Of a DNA stretch of 64,000 nucleotides, positions 50,082-60,083 are shown one piece after another (position 1 is the first letter of the stretch; each line of letters opens with the position of its first letter). The notes below the pieces were generated by a model. That model saw only the letters and a list, made by a program, of their open reading frames with translations. It ran no database searches and was not told the origin of the DNA. The translations under genes and the position numbers were made by a program. The stretch is taken from assembly GCA_963663165.1 (NCBI GenBank), contig OY760175.1, positions 1,440,001 to 1,504,000 on the forward strand, given 5' to 3'. Source of the DNA: an uncultured Desulfospira sp. Lineage in GTDB: Bacteria; Desulfobacterota; Desulfobacteria; Desulfobacterales; Desulfobacteraceae.

Positions 50082-51386
50082 ATGCCCATTTACGACATTG
50101 ACTTTGAAACCATGCCCAGAGAAGGTCTTGAGGCCATCCAGCTTCGCAGGCTTCAAACCACCCTTAAACGGGTCTATGCCACGGTTCCCTTCTACAAGAA
50201 GGAATTTGACAAGGCAGGGCTCAAACCCGAAGACGTTAAAAGCCTGGATGATTTAAGGCGGATCCCCTTTACCACCAAACAGGACTTAAGGGACAACTAT
50301 CCCTACCACATGTTTGCCGTTCCTATGGAGCAGGTGGTCCGGATCCACGCCTCTTCGGGGACAACCGGAAAACCCACGGTGGTGGGATACACCAAGCGGG
50401 ACATCAATACCTGGGCCGAGCTGATGGCCAGAAGCCTGAGTGCGGCCGGGGGAACCTGCGGCGACATCATTCACAACGCCTTTGGTTACGGCCTGTTCAC
50501 CGGCGGCCTCGGGGCCCACTACGGGGCTGAAAAACTCGGGGCTTCCGTCATTCCGGTCTCCGGCGGAAACACCAAGCGGCAGATTACCATCATGCAGGAT
50601 TTCAAGCCCACCCTGATCTGCGGCACCCCGTCTTATATTCTCCATCTCGCCGAAGTGGCCGAAGAAATGGGCGTTGATTTTCATGACCTGTCCTTTAAGG
50701 CCGGCATTTTCGGTGCCGAGCCCTGGACTGAAAAGATGAGGGCCGAAATCGAGGCCAAGCTGGATCTCAAAGCCATTGACATTTACGGGCTCAGCGAAGT
50801 TCTCGGACCCGGCGTTTCCATTGAATGCTGGGAGGAACAGGCCGGGTTGCATGTATTTGAAGATCATTTCATCGTTGAAGTGGTTGACCCGGATACCCTG
50901 GAACCCCTGCCCCACGGTGAAACCGGGGAGCTTGTCTTTACCTCCCTGACCAAGGAGGCCTTTCCCGTGATCCGGTACCGGACCAAGGATATCTCTTCGT
51001 TGAACCCGGTTCCCTGCACCTGCGGCAGAACCCATATCAGGATGAACAAACCCACTGGCCGGACAGACGACATGCTCATTATCCGGGGCGTAAACGTCTT
51101 CCCGTCCCAGATTGAAAGCGTTCTGATGGAAACCAAGCAGGTCCTTCCCCACTACCAGCTGGAAGTGGACCGCAAGGATAACCTGGACACCCTTACGGTT
51201 AAAGTAGAAATTGATGAAGAACTTTTCAGTGATGACATCAAGGGGCTCCAGGCCATGGAGCTTAACATTGCAAAAGACATCAAGGAGACCTTGGGTGTGT
51301 CGGCCAGGGTGCTTCTGGTGGAACCTAAAACCATTGAGAGAAGCCAGGGCAAGGCCGTAAGGGTCATCGACAAACGGCAGTTTTAA
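50082..51386 (+). CDS. paaK: Phenylacetate--CoA ligase
   Basis: [43 protein letters not shown]. Confidence 0.92.
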   Translation: MPIYDIDFETMPREGLEAIQLRRLQTTLKRVYATVPFYKKEFDKAGLKPEDVKSLDDLRRIPFTTKQDLRDNYPYHMFAVPMEQVVRIHASSGTTGKPTVVGYTKRDINTWAELMARSLSAAGGTCGDIIHNAFGYGLFTGGLGAHYGAEKLGASVIPVSGGNTKRQITIMQDFKPTLICGTPSYILHLAEVAEEMGVDFHDLSFKAGIFGAEPWTEKMRAEIEAKLDLKAIDIYGLSEVLGPGVSIECWEEQAGLHVFEDHFIVEVVDPDTLEPLPHGETGELVFTSLTKEAFPVIRYRTKDISSLNPVPCTCGRTHIRMNKPTGRTDDMLIIRGVNVFPSQIESVLMETKQVLPHYQLEVDRKDNLDTLTVKVEIDEELFSDDIKGLQAMELNIAKDIKETLGVSARVLLVEPKTIERSQGKAVRVIDKRQF

Positions 51387-51392
51387 AAAAAA

Positions 51393-51476
51393 AGCTGTTA
51401 GCTATTAGCCATTAGCTGTTAGCTTTTAGGGTCGTTGGGCCAATAGCTAAATGCTAACGGCTAAAAGCTAACCGCT
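51393..51476. repeat. AGCTRTT-type inverted heptamer pair (empty)
   Basis: agctgttagctattagccattagctgttagct ... aatagctaaatgctaacggctaaaagctaaccgct. Confidence 0.88.
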
Positions 51477-51498
51477 CTAATACGAAAGGAAACAGTCC

Positions 51499-51930
51499 AT
51501 GTTTGCAGAACAAATATCCATATTTATTGAGAACAAGGAAGGACGGCTGGCCGAGGTCACCAACATCCTTAAAGAGGCCAAGGTAAACATCAGGGCATTG
51601 TCTCTGGCAGACACCACTGATTTTGGCGTGCTGCGCCTGATTGTCGACAACAATGAGGTGGCTGAGCAGGCCCTGAAAAAAGAAGGGTTTACCGTGGGGA
51701 AAACCAAGGTTCTGGCGGTTGAGGTTTCCGATGAGCCCGGCGGCCTGAACAAGGTTCTGGATCCCCTTTGCGCACAGGACGTCAATGTAGAGTACATGTA
51801 CGCCTTTGCCAATCCCAAATGCCAGAATGCCATCATGATTTTCCGGTTCCACGACTCCCAGAAGGCCTTGAGCATCCTCAACGAAAACGGGATCAGGGCC
51901 ATTGATGCCAAAGAACTGAGCAACCTATAG
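51499..51930 (+). CDS. Tandem ACT-domain protein (usual paaK neighbour)
   Basis: QISIFIENKEGRL, NIRALSLAD, DEPGGL, NVEYMYAF. Confidence 0.9.
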   Translation: MFAEQISIFIENKEGRLAEVTNILKEAKVNIRALSLADTTDFGVLRLIVDNNEVAEQALKKEGFTVGKTKVLAVEVSDEPGGLNKVLDPLCAQDVNVEYMYAFANPKCQNAIMIFRFHDSQKALSILNENGIRAIDAKELSNL

Positions 51931-51937
51931 AAACGAT

Positions 51938-52047
51938 GTGGGGTGGGCACGCTGTTTGTGCCCACCGGAATAAAATTGACGCAGACTGAAGAACCAAATC
52001 CGGGGATACGCGATCCGGTCTCCCGTTTCCGGCTTCCTGCCTCCCCC
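51938..52047. repeat. REP-like palindrome plus a GGAAACC-type arm between convergent genes
   Basis: gtgg-ggtgggcac-gctgttt-gtgcccacc (51938-51966); ccggtctcccgtttccggcttcctgcctccc. Confidence 0.6.
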
Positions 52048-52052
52048 TATTC

Positions 52053-54095
52053 CTATTCCCCCTGCCCCACCGGCAGCCGGATCCGAAAACAGCACCCTTC
52101 TCCAGGCTCGGACTCCACCTCAATCTGCCCGCCATGGTTTTCCGTAACAATAAAATAGGAAATGGAAAGCCCTAAACCGGTTCCATCTCCCACGTCCTTG
52201 GTCGTAAAAAAAGGATCAAATATTCTCTTCCGGATTTGGTCGTCCATGCCGGGCCCGTTGTCCCTGATCTCAACACAAACCATGTCCTCATCTTCGATCT
52301 GCTCACCAAAAACCTTGATGGTAAATCGGGGATCAGCCGTGTTCTGCCCGGACATCATGGCCTGGGCCCCGTTTGACAGTATATTAAAGAAAACCTGCTG
52401 GATTTCACTGGCCCGGCAGCGGCATGCCGGGGTGTCCGGATCATATGCCTTAACAATATCAATTTTCCTGAAATCAAATTTGGTTTTCAGGTTATAATCG
52501 CTTTGGGCCAGCTCCACGGTTTTATCCAGCAGGCCTGATACATTTTCAAAGGCCAGCTCCCCGCTGCTCTTGCGTGAAAATGAAAGCATATTGGAAACAA
52601 TCGCCGCAGCACGTTTCCCGGCGGTCATGATGGAGCCGAGCATGGCATAAATTTTTCGTTTCTCCATGTATTCTTGAAGGCAGTCCAGATCCAGGCGGGC
52701 TTCCTGTGCGGCGTTAAGATTGGCCGGAAGCCTGGTTTTCAGCCGGCTTTCTATGACCTGGGCGTTTTGGAGAATTCCGGCCAGAGGATTGTTGATTTCA
52801 TGGGCCAGCCCCGCTGCCATGCCGCCAAGGGAGGCCATTTTTTCAGAGTGGAGAATCATTTTCTCAAGCCTTGCCTTTTCATTTTCTTTCTGCTTGAGGT
52901 TTAATGCCTCTCCAAGGGAAAGGGCCAGGATCAATCCGGCTTCCAGGTCTTCATCGTCATACCCCGAAGATTTACCGGCAAAGGCTATGATTCCCTCTAT
53001 TTGTGAGCCCAGCCAGATGGGAATCCCCATAAAATTATCCGAATGAAAAGGCCCGGAGGACAGGCCCGTAAAAAGGGGATGTGTATCCAGTTCATTGGCA
53101 ATGACCGGGCTGTTCTCCCGGACCACCTGGGACAACGCCCCATCGGCTTTAACCCTTATGGATTTGTTTTTGTTCAAGCCGTGCTCCGTGTACAGATTTT
53201 CAGATGCGGCCAGAATATCAAGTTCTTCGGGGATTTCACTTCGTCTATGGCCAATAAAACTGTATCTGGACGGAATTACCTCCATTGCAATGGGGATGAA
53301 CAGCCGGGCCACATCCACGGATGACCGGGCCAGCATAGATTTTTGGAAAATGTTTTTTACCGAAGAAATCACCACGCTCTGGCGAAGAATTTTTTCTTCA
53401 GTCCGTTCCTTGTTCAAAATTTCCTGCTCCAGCTCCGCATTGGTCTGGGCAAGGGCCGTGATTTTTTCTTTAACAGCGTTTTGCATGGCCGCAAAATTCC
53501 GGGCAAGCTCCCCGATCTCGCCTTGTCCGATTTGCTCAATTTCCTTGTCAAGGTTGCCGGCAGCAATCTGGGAAGCGGCCTGGGATAACCGGGTCACCGG
53601 TCTGAGCAGCCGGTTGATCAGGCTGGTAAGAATCAGAACAAACATCGCGGTCACAATAAAACTAAACACCAGCATTTGCCCCCGGAATTCGGCCATTTTT
53701 TTTTCAATGCGGCCCGTTGAGTAGACCACGGACATTTGGCCGAGTCGCTGGCCTTCATGAACAATATCAAATTTTCTTTTAATATCGATTCCGCCGGGCT
53801 CAATTTTTCGTTCAATATAAAAATTGGTACCAATATCGGATTCCTCAATGGCAATCCGCTTCATGTTCTTATCACCAAAAAAGGTGATCATATTATGCTT
53901 TAGGGTATCCCTGTCCTCGTTAAAAAGGGGCCTGGCATTGATGAACTTCATAATCTGAACAGCCCCGTCAATCCGCTTGTTAAGGGTTACAAGTTCCATC
54001 CGGCCGATTTGTTCTGTAAAATAAAAACAAAGAAAAAAATTAATAATGGCGCTGGAAATGGCAACAACGGCGATAATGCGTGATCTTAGACCCAT
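52053..54095 (-). CDS. Sensor histidine kinase (TM-HAMP-GAF-HisKA-HATPase)
   Basis: AHEINNPL H-box, QVFFNILSN, DNGPG, FFTTK, GTGLGL. Confidence 0.93.
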   Translation of the reverse strand: MGLRSRIIAVVAISSAIINFFLCFYFTEQIGRMELVTLNKRIDGAVQIMKFINARPLFNEDRDTLKHNMITFFGDKNMKRIAIEESDIGTNFYIERKIEPGGIDIKRKFDIVHEGQRLGQMSVVYSTGRIEKKMAEFRGQMLVFSFIVTAMFVLILTSLINRLLRPVTRLSQAASQIAAGNLDKEIEQIGQGEIGELARNFAAMQNAVKEKITALAQTNAELEQEILNKERTEEKILRQSVVISSVKNIFQKSMLARSSVDVARLFIPIAMEVIPSRYSFIGHRRSEIPEELDILAASENLYTEHGLNKNKSIRVKADGALSQVVRENSPVIANELDTHPLFTGLSSGPFHSDNFMGIPIWLGSQIEGIIAFAGKSSGYDDEDLEAGLILALSLGEALNLKQKENEKARLEKMILHSEKMASLGGMAAGLAHEINNPLAGILQNAQVIESRLKTRLPANLNAAQEARLDLDCLQEYMEKRKIYAMLGSIMTAGKRAAAIVSNMLSFSRKSSGELAFENVSGLLDKTVELAQSDYNLKTKFDFRKIDIVKAYDPDTPACRCRASEIQQVFFNILSNGAQAMMSGQNTADPRFTIKVFGEQIEDEDMVCVEIRDNGPGMDDQIRKRIFDPFFTTKDVGDGTGLGLSISYFIVTENHGGQIEVESEPGEGCCFRIRLPVGQGE

Positions 54096-54146
54096 TTTTC
54101 ATGGTTCCTGTGATGCCCGCAAGAGGGGCTTAGGCTGCCCCTCTTT

Positions 54147-55085
54147 TCAGGCAAGAGCGTTTTCGTTCAGGCTGACCTTTCTGACCAGTTCCCGGTAATC
54201 TGCAGACGCAGTAGAGCCGGGTGCAAACTCAAAAATTGACTTCCCAAATGACGGTGCCTCAGACAGGCTTTCGCTGTATCTGATGGGGGTGCATACATAT
54301 TCCGGATAAAGTCTTTTTAATTGGGAATAAAGGGTTTGGGGACCTTTAATCCGGGTATCCATAAAGGTGGGGACAATGTATTTGAGCTGGATTTCTTTTC
54401 TGTACTTCTGAATGGACCCCAGGCTTTTCATAAATTCAGACAGCCCGTGCAGGGGCATGACTTCCAGGGCCACCGGAACCAGCACCTCTGTCGCATAAAA
54501 CAGAACGTTTACGATGAGCTGGTCCCATCCCGGCGATGTGTCCATGATAATAAAATCAAATTTCCGGTTCAGGGGCTTTAATGCCTCTGCCAGGGTGTAT
54601 TCGGCCCCAAAGCTCTTTCGGTCTATAATTCGTTTGACGCCGGCCAGAGACTTCCCCCCGCTCAAAAGCCAAAGGTTGTTCCGGGCCTGGACCAGGCATT
54701 CCTCGGGGGTGAGTTCCCGGGTGAGCAGTTCGGTCAGGCCGGCCTTGGGTTTTTTCCCGAGCAGATAAGAAGACTGGCCCTGGGTATCGGTATCCACCAG
54801 CAGAACCTTGTATCCGGCAAGGCAGAGCCCTACCCCGAGGTTCACCGATGTGGTTGTCTTTCCTACCCCGCCCTTACTTAAGGTGACACAAATTTTCCTG
54901 GCCTCGGGCCGGGGTTTTTCCTGGGTGTCCGAAGGTGTGTCAGACAGCTGATCCATGGGAACCGGGAATTTATGGCCGCAGGAGCGGCAGGTGGCAAACA
55001 CCTTTTTCCCTGTTTGAACATGGGCTTTGATATTGTCCGGATTTACCTTGTGTTTTCTGGCGCATTTAGGGCAGACAATGATCAT
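54147..55085 (-). CDS. ParA-family ATPase with an N-terminal zinc ribbon
   Basis: CPKC...CRSC; KGGVGKTT; DTDTQG; IMDTSP. Confidence 0.88.
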   Translation of the reverse strand: MIIVCPKCARKHKVNPDNIKAHVQTGKKVFATCRSCGHKFPVPMDQLSDTPSDTQEKPRPEARKICVTLSKGGVGKTTTSVNLGVGLCLAGYKVLLVDTDTQGQSSYLLGKKPKAGLTELLTRELTPEECLVQARNNLWLLSGGKSLAGVKRIIDRKSFGAEYTLAEALKPLNRKFDFIIMDTSPGWDQLIVNVLFYATEVLVPVALEVMPLHGLSEFMKSLGSIQKYRKEIQLKYIVPTFMDTRIKGPQTLYSQLKRLYPEYVCTPIRYSESLSEAPSFGKSIFEFAPGSTASADYRELVRKVSLNENALA

Positions 55086-55411
55086 GACTCGGGCTCCTCC
55101 CTTTTCAATTCATCAAGGATAGCGTTCACAGCGATACTGGCAATCCGCTTCATGGACATGGTTCTGTATTTTCCGGGCCCCACTTTTAACCGGATCTTGG
55201 CCTTGCCCTCCCATACTTCCACGGAAACATTCTCCTTTGATAATTTCCAGGATTTTTCCCTGGCGCCGTTATCCGTGTCCGTCGATTCTGTGTCCGGAAT
55301 GTCATCTTCGGTGCCCCGGTAAATCAGGCAGTCCAGCTCACGGGTTTTTTCGGCAAATTCCTTATCATCGCCCCCCAGGATTTTTCCCATGATGTCTTTT
55401 TTCGGGTCCAT
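55082..55411 (-). CDS. Hypothetical protein, coupled to the ParA gene
   Basis: 4-nt overlap (ATGA) with the ParA gene; acidic N-half. Confidence 0.65.
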   Translation of the reverse strand: MDPKKDIMGKILGGDDKEFAEKTRELDCLIYRGTEDDIPDTESTDTDNGAREKSWKLSKENVSVEVWEGKAKIRLKVGPGKYRTMSMKRIASIAVNAILDELKREEPES

Positions 55412-55423
55412 GGTGCTGTTTTC

Positions 55424-55843
55424 CTATTCTGCCGATACGTCTCGGTCCGTCAGGCTCAGGGCCTCTTTTTTCATCCGGGCCAGAACCTCGTTCATCTGGT
55501 TGAGTTTATCCCGGCCCAGGTTTTGCCATTTAAGCCCGTACATCCAGCCCCCCTGGGCATCAAAAGATCGATGAACAATTTCGCCTTCAAGATTGGGAAA
55601 GGTCATGCCCCCCATGGACAGAACCGCATTGGATACTTTGGTTCCAATTTCAAAGTCCTGGCCGCCGTCCCTGTCTTTGATGCCGATGCCTTGAGCATTG
55701 GCGTCCATGACCGCATATTGTCTGGTTTCCCCGAGAATCAGAACCACACTGCCGTCCTCCAAAACGGGGACACGATAATGCTTGCGGACCTGATCCTCAG
55801 ACTCTCCGGTAACCGGTTGGATATTAATGGATTCCTCTGTCAT
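55424..55843 (-). CDS. PilZ domain protein
   Basis: RKHYR (RxxxR), DANAQG (degenerate DxSxxG), GEIVH, YGLKW. Confidence 0.7.
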   Translation of the reverse strand: MTEESINIQPVTGESEDQVRKHYRVPVLEDGSVVLILGETRQYAVMDANAQGIGIKDRDGGQDFEIGTKVSNAVLSMGGMTFPNLEGEIVHRSFDAQGGWMYGLKWQNLGRDKLNQMNEVLARMKKEALSLTDRDVSAE

Positions 55844-55961
55844 GGTTCACCTTTCATTAAAAATACAGGGTGAAGGCATTTAATATTACGATGAAAAAAT
55901 ATAACAGCTATGCCCGATTCAGGCAAGAAGGCTCGTGAAATATTCCTGGGTAACCAAATAA

Positions 55962-56000
55962 AAAAAAGTGCCGGACCTTATGGAAGGCCCGGCACTTTTT
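55962..56000 (-). terminator. Terminator after atpE
   Basis: AAAAGTGCCGG ... CCGGCACTTTT stem with A/T tails. Confidence 0.8.
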
Positions 56001-56021
56001 AAACCGCTATATCCGTATGGA

Positions 56022-56291
56022 TTAATGTCCGCCCAGTGCGCCCACTGCTGCTGTCAGAGCAGGATGTGCGTACATAAGGATCAGGGCGACAACCAGTGCG
56101 TAGATACACAGAGATTCGATCATGGCCAGACCGATCAGCATGTTAACCTGGATTTTACCGGCTGCTTCGGGGTTTCTTGAAATACCGCTCATGGCGCCGG
56201 CAAGACCAAGGCCCTGACCAATGCCGCAACCAAATGCTGCAATACCAATTGCAAGACCTGCTGCCCATACACTACCTACGAGAAATTCCAT
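56022..56291 (-). CDS. atpE: ATP synthase F0 subunit c
   Basis: GxGxGxG helix, RNPE loop, IESLCIY. Confidence 0.95.
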   Translation of the reverse strand: MEFLVGSVWAAGLAIGIAAFGCGIGQGLGLAGAMSGISRNPEAAGKIQVNMLIGLAMIESLCIYALVVALILMYAHPALTAAVGALGGH

Positions 56292-56374
56292 GTTTTACTC
56301 CTTAAAACTAATAAGTTAATATAAAATTTAACGGGCTTCTTCCAGTTCCCGTAAAACCGCTCGTTTTGCTTTCC

Positions 56375-57070
56375 CTAATGTGCTTCTTCTATGGCACCGG
56401 CAATATACATGGTGGAGAGAAGGTAAAATACAAAGGCCTGGATAAAGGCGACCAGAACACCTAAGGTCATCACCGGCAGGGGGGCCAGGAACATGCCGCC
56501 AAGGCCAAGCAGAATCCCCACAACCAGCTCATGGCCGGCCATGTTGCCGAAAAGACGGAAGGTCAGGGACAGAACCCGTGCCGAATGCCCGATGATCTCA
56601 ATGGGGAGAAACAACGGGATCATGGCCGGTACCGGTCCCAGAAAATGTTTGATATATTTGATGCCGTGCTGCTGAATACCGACGATATGGCTCCAGAGAA
56701 CTGCAATAAGGGCCATGGCCAGGGTGGTGTTGATGCTCGCGGTGGGCGGGAAAAAGGCCGGAACCAGCCCCATGAGGTTGCCGATGAGAACAAATAAGAA
56801 GATAGTCAGCACCAGGGGAAAGGATTTGCGCCCTTCTTCGCCGGTGACGCTGACCGTGAATTCTTCGAGTCCGGAAATCAGTACTTCAAAGAAATTCTGG
56901 GCTGCCTTGGGGACAATGGAAACGCTTTTTCCTGCCAGCCAGCCGAGAAAAATCAGAATAATCATGGCCAGCCACATATAGGTCACATGGGAATTATGAG
57001 CTGCCCATTCCTCTGCACCGGAACCAAAAATACCAAACAACGAAGTAAGAAATAAATACGGATGTTCCAC
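56375..57070 (-). CDS. atpB: ATP synthase F0 subunit a
   Basis: QNFFE, PPTASINTT, SLTFRLFGN, IQAFVF. Confidence 0.95.
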   Translation of the reverse strand: MEHPYLFLTSLFGIFGSGAEEWAAHNSHVTYMWLAMIILIFLGWLAGKSVSIVPKAAQNFFEVLISGLEEFTVSVTGEEGRKSFPLVLTIFLFVLIGNLMGLVPAFFPPTASINTTLAMALIAVLWSHIVGIQQHGIKYIKHFLGPVPAMIPLFLPIEIIGHSARVLSLTFRLFGNMAGHELVVGILLGLGGMFLAPLPVMTLGVLVAFIQAFVFYLLSTMYIAGAIEEAH

Positions 57071-57071
57071 C

Positions 57072-57476
57072 TTAAACCGCCTCCTTGAATAATAATCTTG
57101 TCAACGCAAACATTGTTGCCAGAAAAATGCTTGCCACAACCACTGAAAGCCCTGCCAGGAGCCCCAGGGGATGAACAATATGCTTTGATACCAGCAGAAA
57201 TATCACAATCCCGCTGATTAAGAATCGAATATAATATTTGACCAGGACATTCCCGAGAAGCGAATTCCCTTTTTCCAGCACCTTGTTGGGGGACAGGCTG
57301 TTTTTAACGGTTTTTTTCAGGGCATGAAAATTCACCGCCCCGATCAACCCGCCGCAGATAATCCCCAGGTAGACCGCCTGGCTTGCCGAAGCCAGGGCAA
57401 TCATCCCCGCCAGGGCCAGAAGCAGCCAGTTGGATACCGTGACAAAATCCACCAGTTTTGAAATATCCTGAATCAA
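57072..57476 (-). CDS. atpI: ATP synthase subunit I
   Basis: Four TMs, NFHAL, YYIRF; position before atpB. Confidence 0.8.
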   Translation of the reverse strand: MIQDISKLVDFVTVSNWLLLALAGMIALASASQAVYLGIICGGLIGAVNFHALKKTVKNSLSPNKVLEKGNSLLGNVLVKYYIRFLISGIVIFLLVSKHIVHPLGLLAGLSVVVASIFLATMFALTRLLFKEAV

Positions 57477-57691
57477 TACTTTTTCCCTTTTTTCCCGGCC
57501 CTGATGATATTGCTGAACCCGGCTGCGATGCCGAATGCCAGCCCCACGAACATCAGGATGGGTTTGGTGCCGAATGTCTTGTCAAGCCAGAGCCCCAGAG
57601 CAAGCCCCATGAAAATGGCAAGGGCCACGGAAAGCCCGAGACTGGCAAAATACCCCAGTTCTCTGACAGTCTGACCGGTTTCCTTTTTCAT
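57473..57691 (-). CDS. atpZ: AtpZ/AtpI-family protein
   Basis: GLWLDKTFGTKP, GIAAGF. Confidence 0.85.
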   Translation of the reverse strand: MKKETGQTVRELGYFASLGLSVALAIFMGLALGLWLDKTFGTKPILMFVGLAFGIAAGFSNIIRAGKKGKKY

Positions 57692-57885
57692 AAGTGGGTT
57701 CCCTGCTGCTCTCTACAGCTTCCAAAGATCAAATTACTTAGGAGCAAATATCATATGCTCCCGGGTAAGTCAACGTGAAAAAGTGATTAAAATCCACCCG
57801 GGAATGCCGGTCCGGCCTGCCCGTTTCTATAAAGCCCGGGGCCTTTACTGGCCGGCGGTTTCTTAAAAAAACAACCCCATGAATT

Positions 57886-58647
57886 TCACCGCAGGACCAG
57901 GGCGGCACCCACGGCAAAGCGCCCGGTGATACGGCCTGCCCGGTATGAAAAAAAACGGCCGGCATTACACCTTGTACAGATGGCCATATTTTCAATATTC
58001 TTCTCCCGGACCCCTTTTTCCAGAAGCTGGTCCCTTGAAAGGGCCCAGAAATCAAAATAATCCCGGCCGTCAAGCCGGTACTGCCACAGGGTTTCCGGAA
58101 TCTCGGTTCTGTAATGGATAAACTCGGCGCAGCACGGCCCCAAAGAAGGGGAAATGCCGGCCAGAAGATCCCTGGGATCTGAGCCGAATTCCGCTGTCAT
58201 CAGGTCCACACACCGGCCAATGATATTGCCGACGCTTCCCCGCCAGCCCGAATGCACATTGGCCACCACCTTTTGTTGGGGATCATACACCAGAACCGCC
58301 TGGCAGTCGGCAACCTGAATCATCAGGGCAAGGCCCGGGATATCGGTGACCGCCCCGTCCGCCGGCGGCAGGTCTGAAAGCCCAGGATCGGGATCACGGG
58401 ATTGTTTCAAGACCACCAAATCAGGGCCATGCACCTGGTTGAGCCAGACCGCCTCTGAAACCCCTAAACATTCCAGAATCCTCTGCTGGTTTTCCCTTAC
58501 CGCTTTGGGGTCATCCCCCGTGGACAACCCCACGTTCAAAGATTCCCACGCCCCCTTGCTGATGCCCCCCTCACGGGAAAACACCCGGTGAACCAGCCCC
58601 GGGGCCTGTTTCAGATGGGAAAACTCAAGCCAAGGCAGGTCAATCAT
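57886..58647 (-). CDS. pgeF: Peptidoglycan editing factor PgeF (YfiH-like)
   Basis: SREGGIS, SLNVG, QVHG, ADC, HSGWRG, FFSYR. Confidence 0.9.
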   Translation of the reverse strand: MIDLPWLEFSHLKQAPGLVHRVFSREGGISKGAWESLNVGLSTGDDPKAVRENQQRILECLGVSEAVWLNQVHGPDLVVLKQSRDPDPGLSDLPPADGAVTDIPGLALMIQVADCQAVLVYDPQQKVVANVHSGWRGSVGNIIGRCVDLMTAEFGSDPRDLLAGISPSLGPCCAEFIHYRTEIPETLWQYRLDGRDYFDFWALSRDQLLEKGVREKNIENMAICTRCNAGRFFSYRAGRITGRFAVGAALVLR

Positions 58648-59119
58648 CGTAAAGCCTTTTAATCCGTTCAATAATGGCGGTGGTGGAAATATCATGTTCA
58701 AACGCCACCCTCACCACCCGGCCGCCCCGGGATTTGACAAAATCAGCCCCGATGATCTGATCTTCAGGCCAGTCCGCCCCTTTAACCAGGACATCCGGGC
58801 AGACCGACCGGATCAGGTTTCCCGGGTCCGCCTCATCAAACAGCACGACATGGGATACGGCCTCCAGGGCCGCCAGGACACTTGCCCTGTGGTCCTGGCC
58901 GATGACCGGCCGCTTGTCCCCTTTTATTTTTTTTACAGAGGTATCTGAATTCAGACCCACCACCAGGATATCCCCCTGGTCCGCGGCCAGGGCAAGGTAG
59001 GCGGCATGGCCGGCATGGAGGATATCAAAGCAGCCGTTGGTAAATACAATGGTTTTGCCCGATGCCCTGTAAGTTTCAGAAAGTTCTGCCATTTTTCCGT
59101 AAGAAAGAATTTTATCCAT
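58640..59119 (-). CDS. rfaE2: D-glycero-beta-D-manno-heptose 1-phosphate adenylyltransferase
   Basis: FTNGCFDILHAGH, GLNSD, LVKGADW, STTAII. Confidence 0.92.
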   Translation of the reverse strand: MDKILSYGKMAELSETYRASGKTIVFTNGCFDILHAGHAAYLALAADQGDILVVGLNSDTSVKKIKGDKRPVIGQDHRASVLAALEAVSHVVLFDEADPGNLIRSVCPDVLVKGADWPEDQIIGADFVKSRGGRVVRVAFEHDISTTAIIERIKRLYDD

Positions 59120-59897
59120 AGATATCCCCCCTCCGGCCGGCCATGCAGGGGATCATCTGTCTGGCCTTTTCAATTTGTTGAAAATCAATGTCACCAAAGG
59201 CGCAGGAACGGTCTTCTTCAAGAAGGGTCACCACCTTTCCCAGGGGATCAACGATCATGGAGTGGCCGGGAAAAACAAGGTCCCCGTCCTTTCCCGTCCG
59301 GTTGGCGCAAACCATGTACAGCTGGTTTTCAATGGCCCTTGCCTGAACCAGGCACGCCCAGTGTTCAATTCTGGGAAGGGGCCACTGGGCCGGGACCAGA
59401 ATCATCATAACATCCTGAAGGCAAAGGTTCCGGGCCAGCTCAGGAAACCGCAAATCATAACAGATCATCAGCCCTATTTTCCCGAGACTGGTGTCAATGG
59501 CCACCATCCGGTTTCCGGCGGTAAAACTGCCATCCTCCCCGGTTAAGGGGAACAAATGGAGTTTCCGGTAATATCCTTTAATTTCACCATCCGCGTCAAT
59601 AAAGTAATGGGTGTTAAACACCTGTCCTTTTTCCTGCTCGGGAAGGCTGCCGGAAATAGCCATTTTCCTTTGGGCGGCCGCATTGCAAAGGCGGTCTAAA
59701 ACCATGGGGGTATGGGCCGCACACTCTTTGACATGCCCTTTTTCAAACCCGCAGGAAAACAGTTCGGGCAGCACGGCCAGATCCGCCCCCTGCCCGGCCA
59801 GCTGTTCAATGTTTTCCATTACCCGTTCCATGTTGGCGTCGATCCTGCCGTTTTTAACGTCAAACTGAACCACGCCGGCTTTGATTTTTCGTTTCAT
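59112..59897 (-). CDS. Carbon-nitrogen (nitrilase-family) hydrolase
   Basis: LPEL, YRKLHLF, ICYDLRFPE, ARAIENQ (E-K-C triad). Confidence 0.92.
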   Translation of the reverse strand: MKRKIKAGVVQFDVKNGRIDANMERVMENIEQLAGQGADLAVLPELFSCGFEKGHVKECAAHTPMVLDRLCNAAAQRKMAISGSLPEQEKGQVFNTHYFIDADGEIKGYYRKLHLFPLTGEDGSFTAGNRMVAIDTSLGKIGLMICYDLRFPELARNLCLQDVMMILVPAQWPLPRIEHWACLVQARAIENQLYMVCANRTGKDGDLVFPGHSMIVDPLGKVVTLLEEDRSCAFGDIDFQQIEKARQMIPCMAGRRGDIYG

Positions 59898-60083
59898 AGG
59901 CTAACCCGTTATATTGCGCCCTGTTACCATTTAATTCATATTTAAATCATAGAACATAGCCCCATCTGTCACGGTCCGTCAATTGTTTTGGGTCGATTTC
60001 TTTCTTTTACAAGTTTTATGAATATGATATTTTATAGACTTTAATCAATCCAACGTTTCAGGCAAAAGGACAAAGAAGGGGAC

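Noticed and set aside
55962..57691. F0 genes without F1 genes as an anomaly
   Set aside because: Split atp operons are normal in this lineage.
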